From positions 57,226,001-57,290,000 of the forward strand of contig NC_092350.1 in the NCBI RefSeq assembly GCF_963676685.1: DNA of 64,000 bases, in the 5' to 3' direction. This document shows, one piece after another, positions 63,792 to 64,000 of the stretch (positions within the stretch are counted from its first letter, which is position 1; the number at the start of each line of letters is the position of its first letter). This DNA comes from Mytilus edulis (taxonomy: Eukaryota). The notes under the pieces are model-generated. The model saw only the letters and a program-made list of their open reading frames with translations. It did not search any database and had not been told where the DNA came from. The position numbers and the translations under genes were made by a program.

Positions 63792-64000
63792 TTAACCACG
63801 AAATTGAATGTTCAAATAATAAACATAATTATGTGGGCTTGCATTTGTATGCAGACTTCGGCATGTTCGAAATGAAATATCAACGAATATGTTTCTAGTC
63901 AATTAAGTATTACTAAATTACTAATTGCAACACAAGTCTGGAAGACAAGTCTGTTACTATCTTTGGACAGCATACTTAAAATATACATAATTATCTTTTA

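Overview
Eukaryotic, AT-rich, repeat-laden genomic DNA. The gene family and the interspersed repeats point to a mytilid mussel (Mytilus-like; inference). The window is part of a tandem cluster of spliced genes for secreted pre-pro cysteine-rich peptides with repeated C-C-CC-C-C (knottin-type) modules, matching the mussel CRP-I family. I rebuilt seven loci by hand from a shared plan: TATA plus non-coding exon 1, a 52-nt signal-peptide exon, a 49-nt acidic pro exon, and a last exon starting (L/R)xKR. A (-) runs off the left edge. B (-), C (-) and E (+) are intact four-module genes. F (+) has a premature stop in module 3. D and G (-) are pseudogenes, and G preserves a six-module ancestor. Between the genes lie a ~4.8-kb 61-63-bp satellite (source of the three spurious 1600-aa ORFs), a nest of Penelope-like retroelements (PLEs) at TA microsatellites with hammerhead ribozymes and a tRNA-like unit, a retrozyme-like monomer, RT fragments, MITEs and SINE-like repeats. 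The most novel-looking signals are a hidden, phase-compatible alternative last exon in intron 3 of gene B encoding a non-knottin peptide, and an in-frame U-UUU-UUA slippery site joining PLE ORF1 to its RT-endonuclease ORF. No searches or folding programs were run, and repeat boundaries are approximate.
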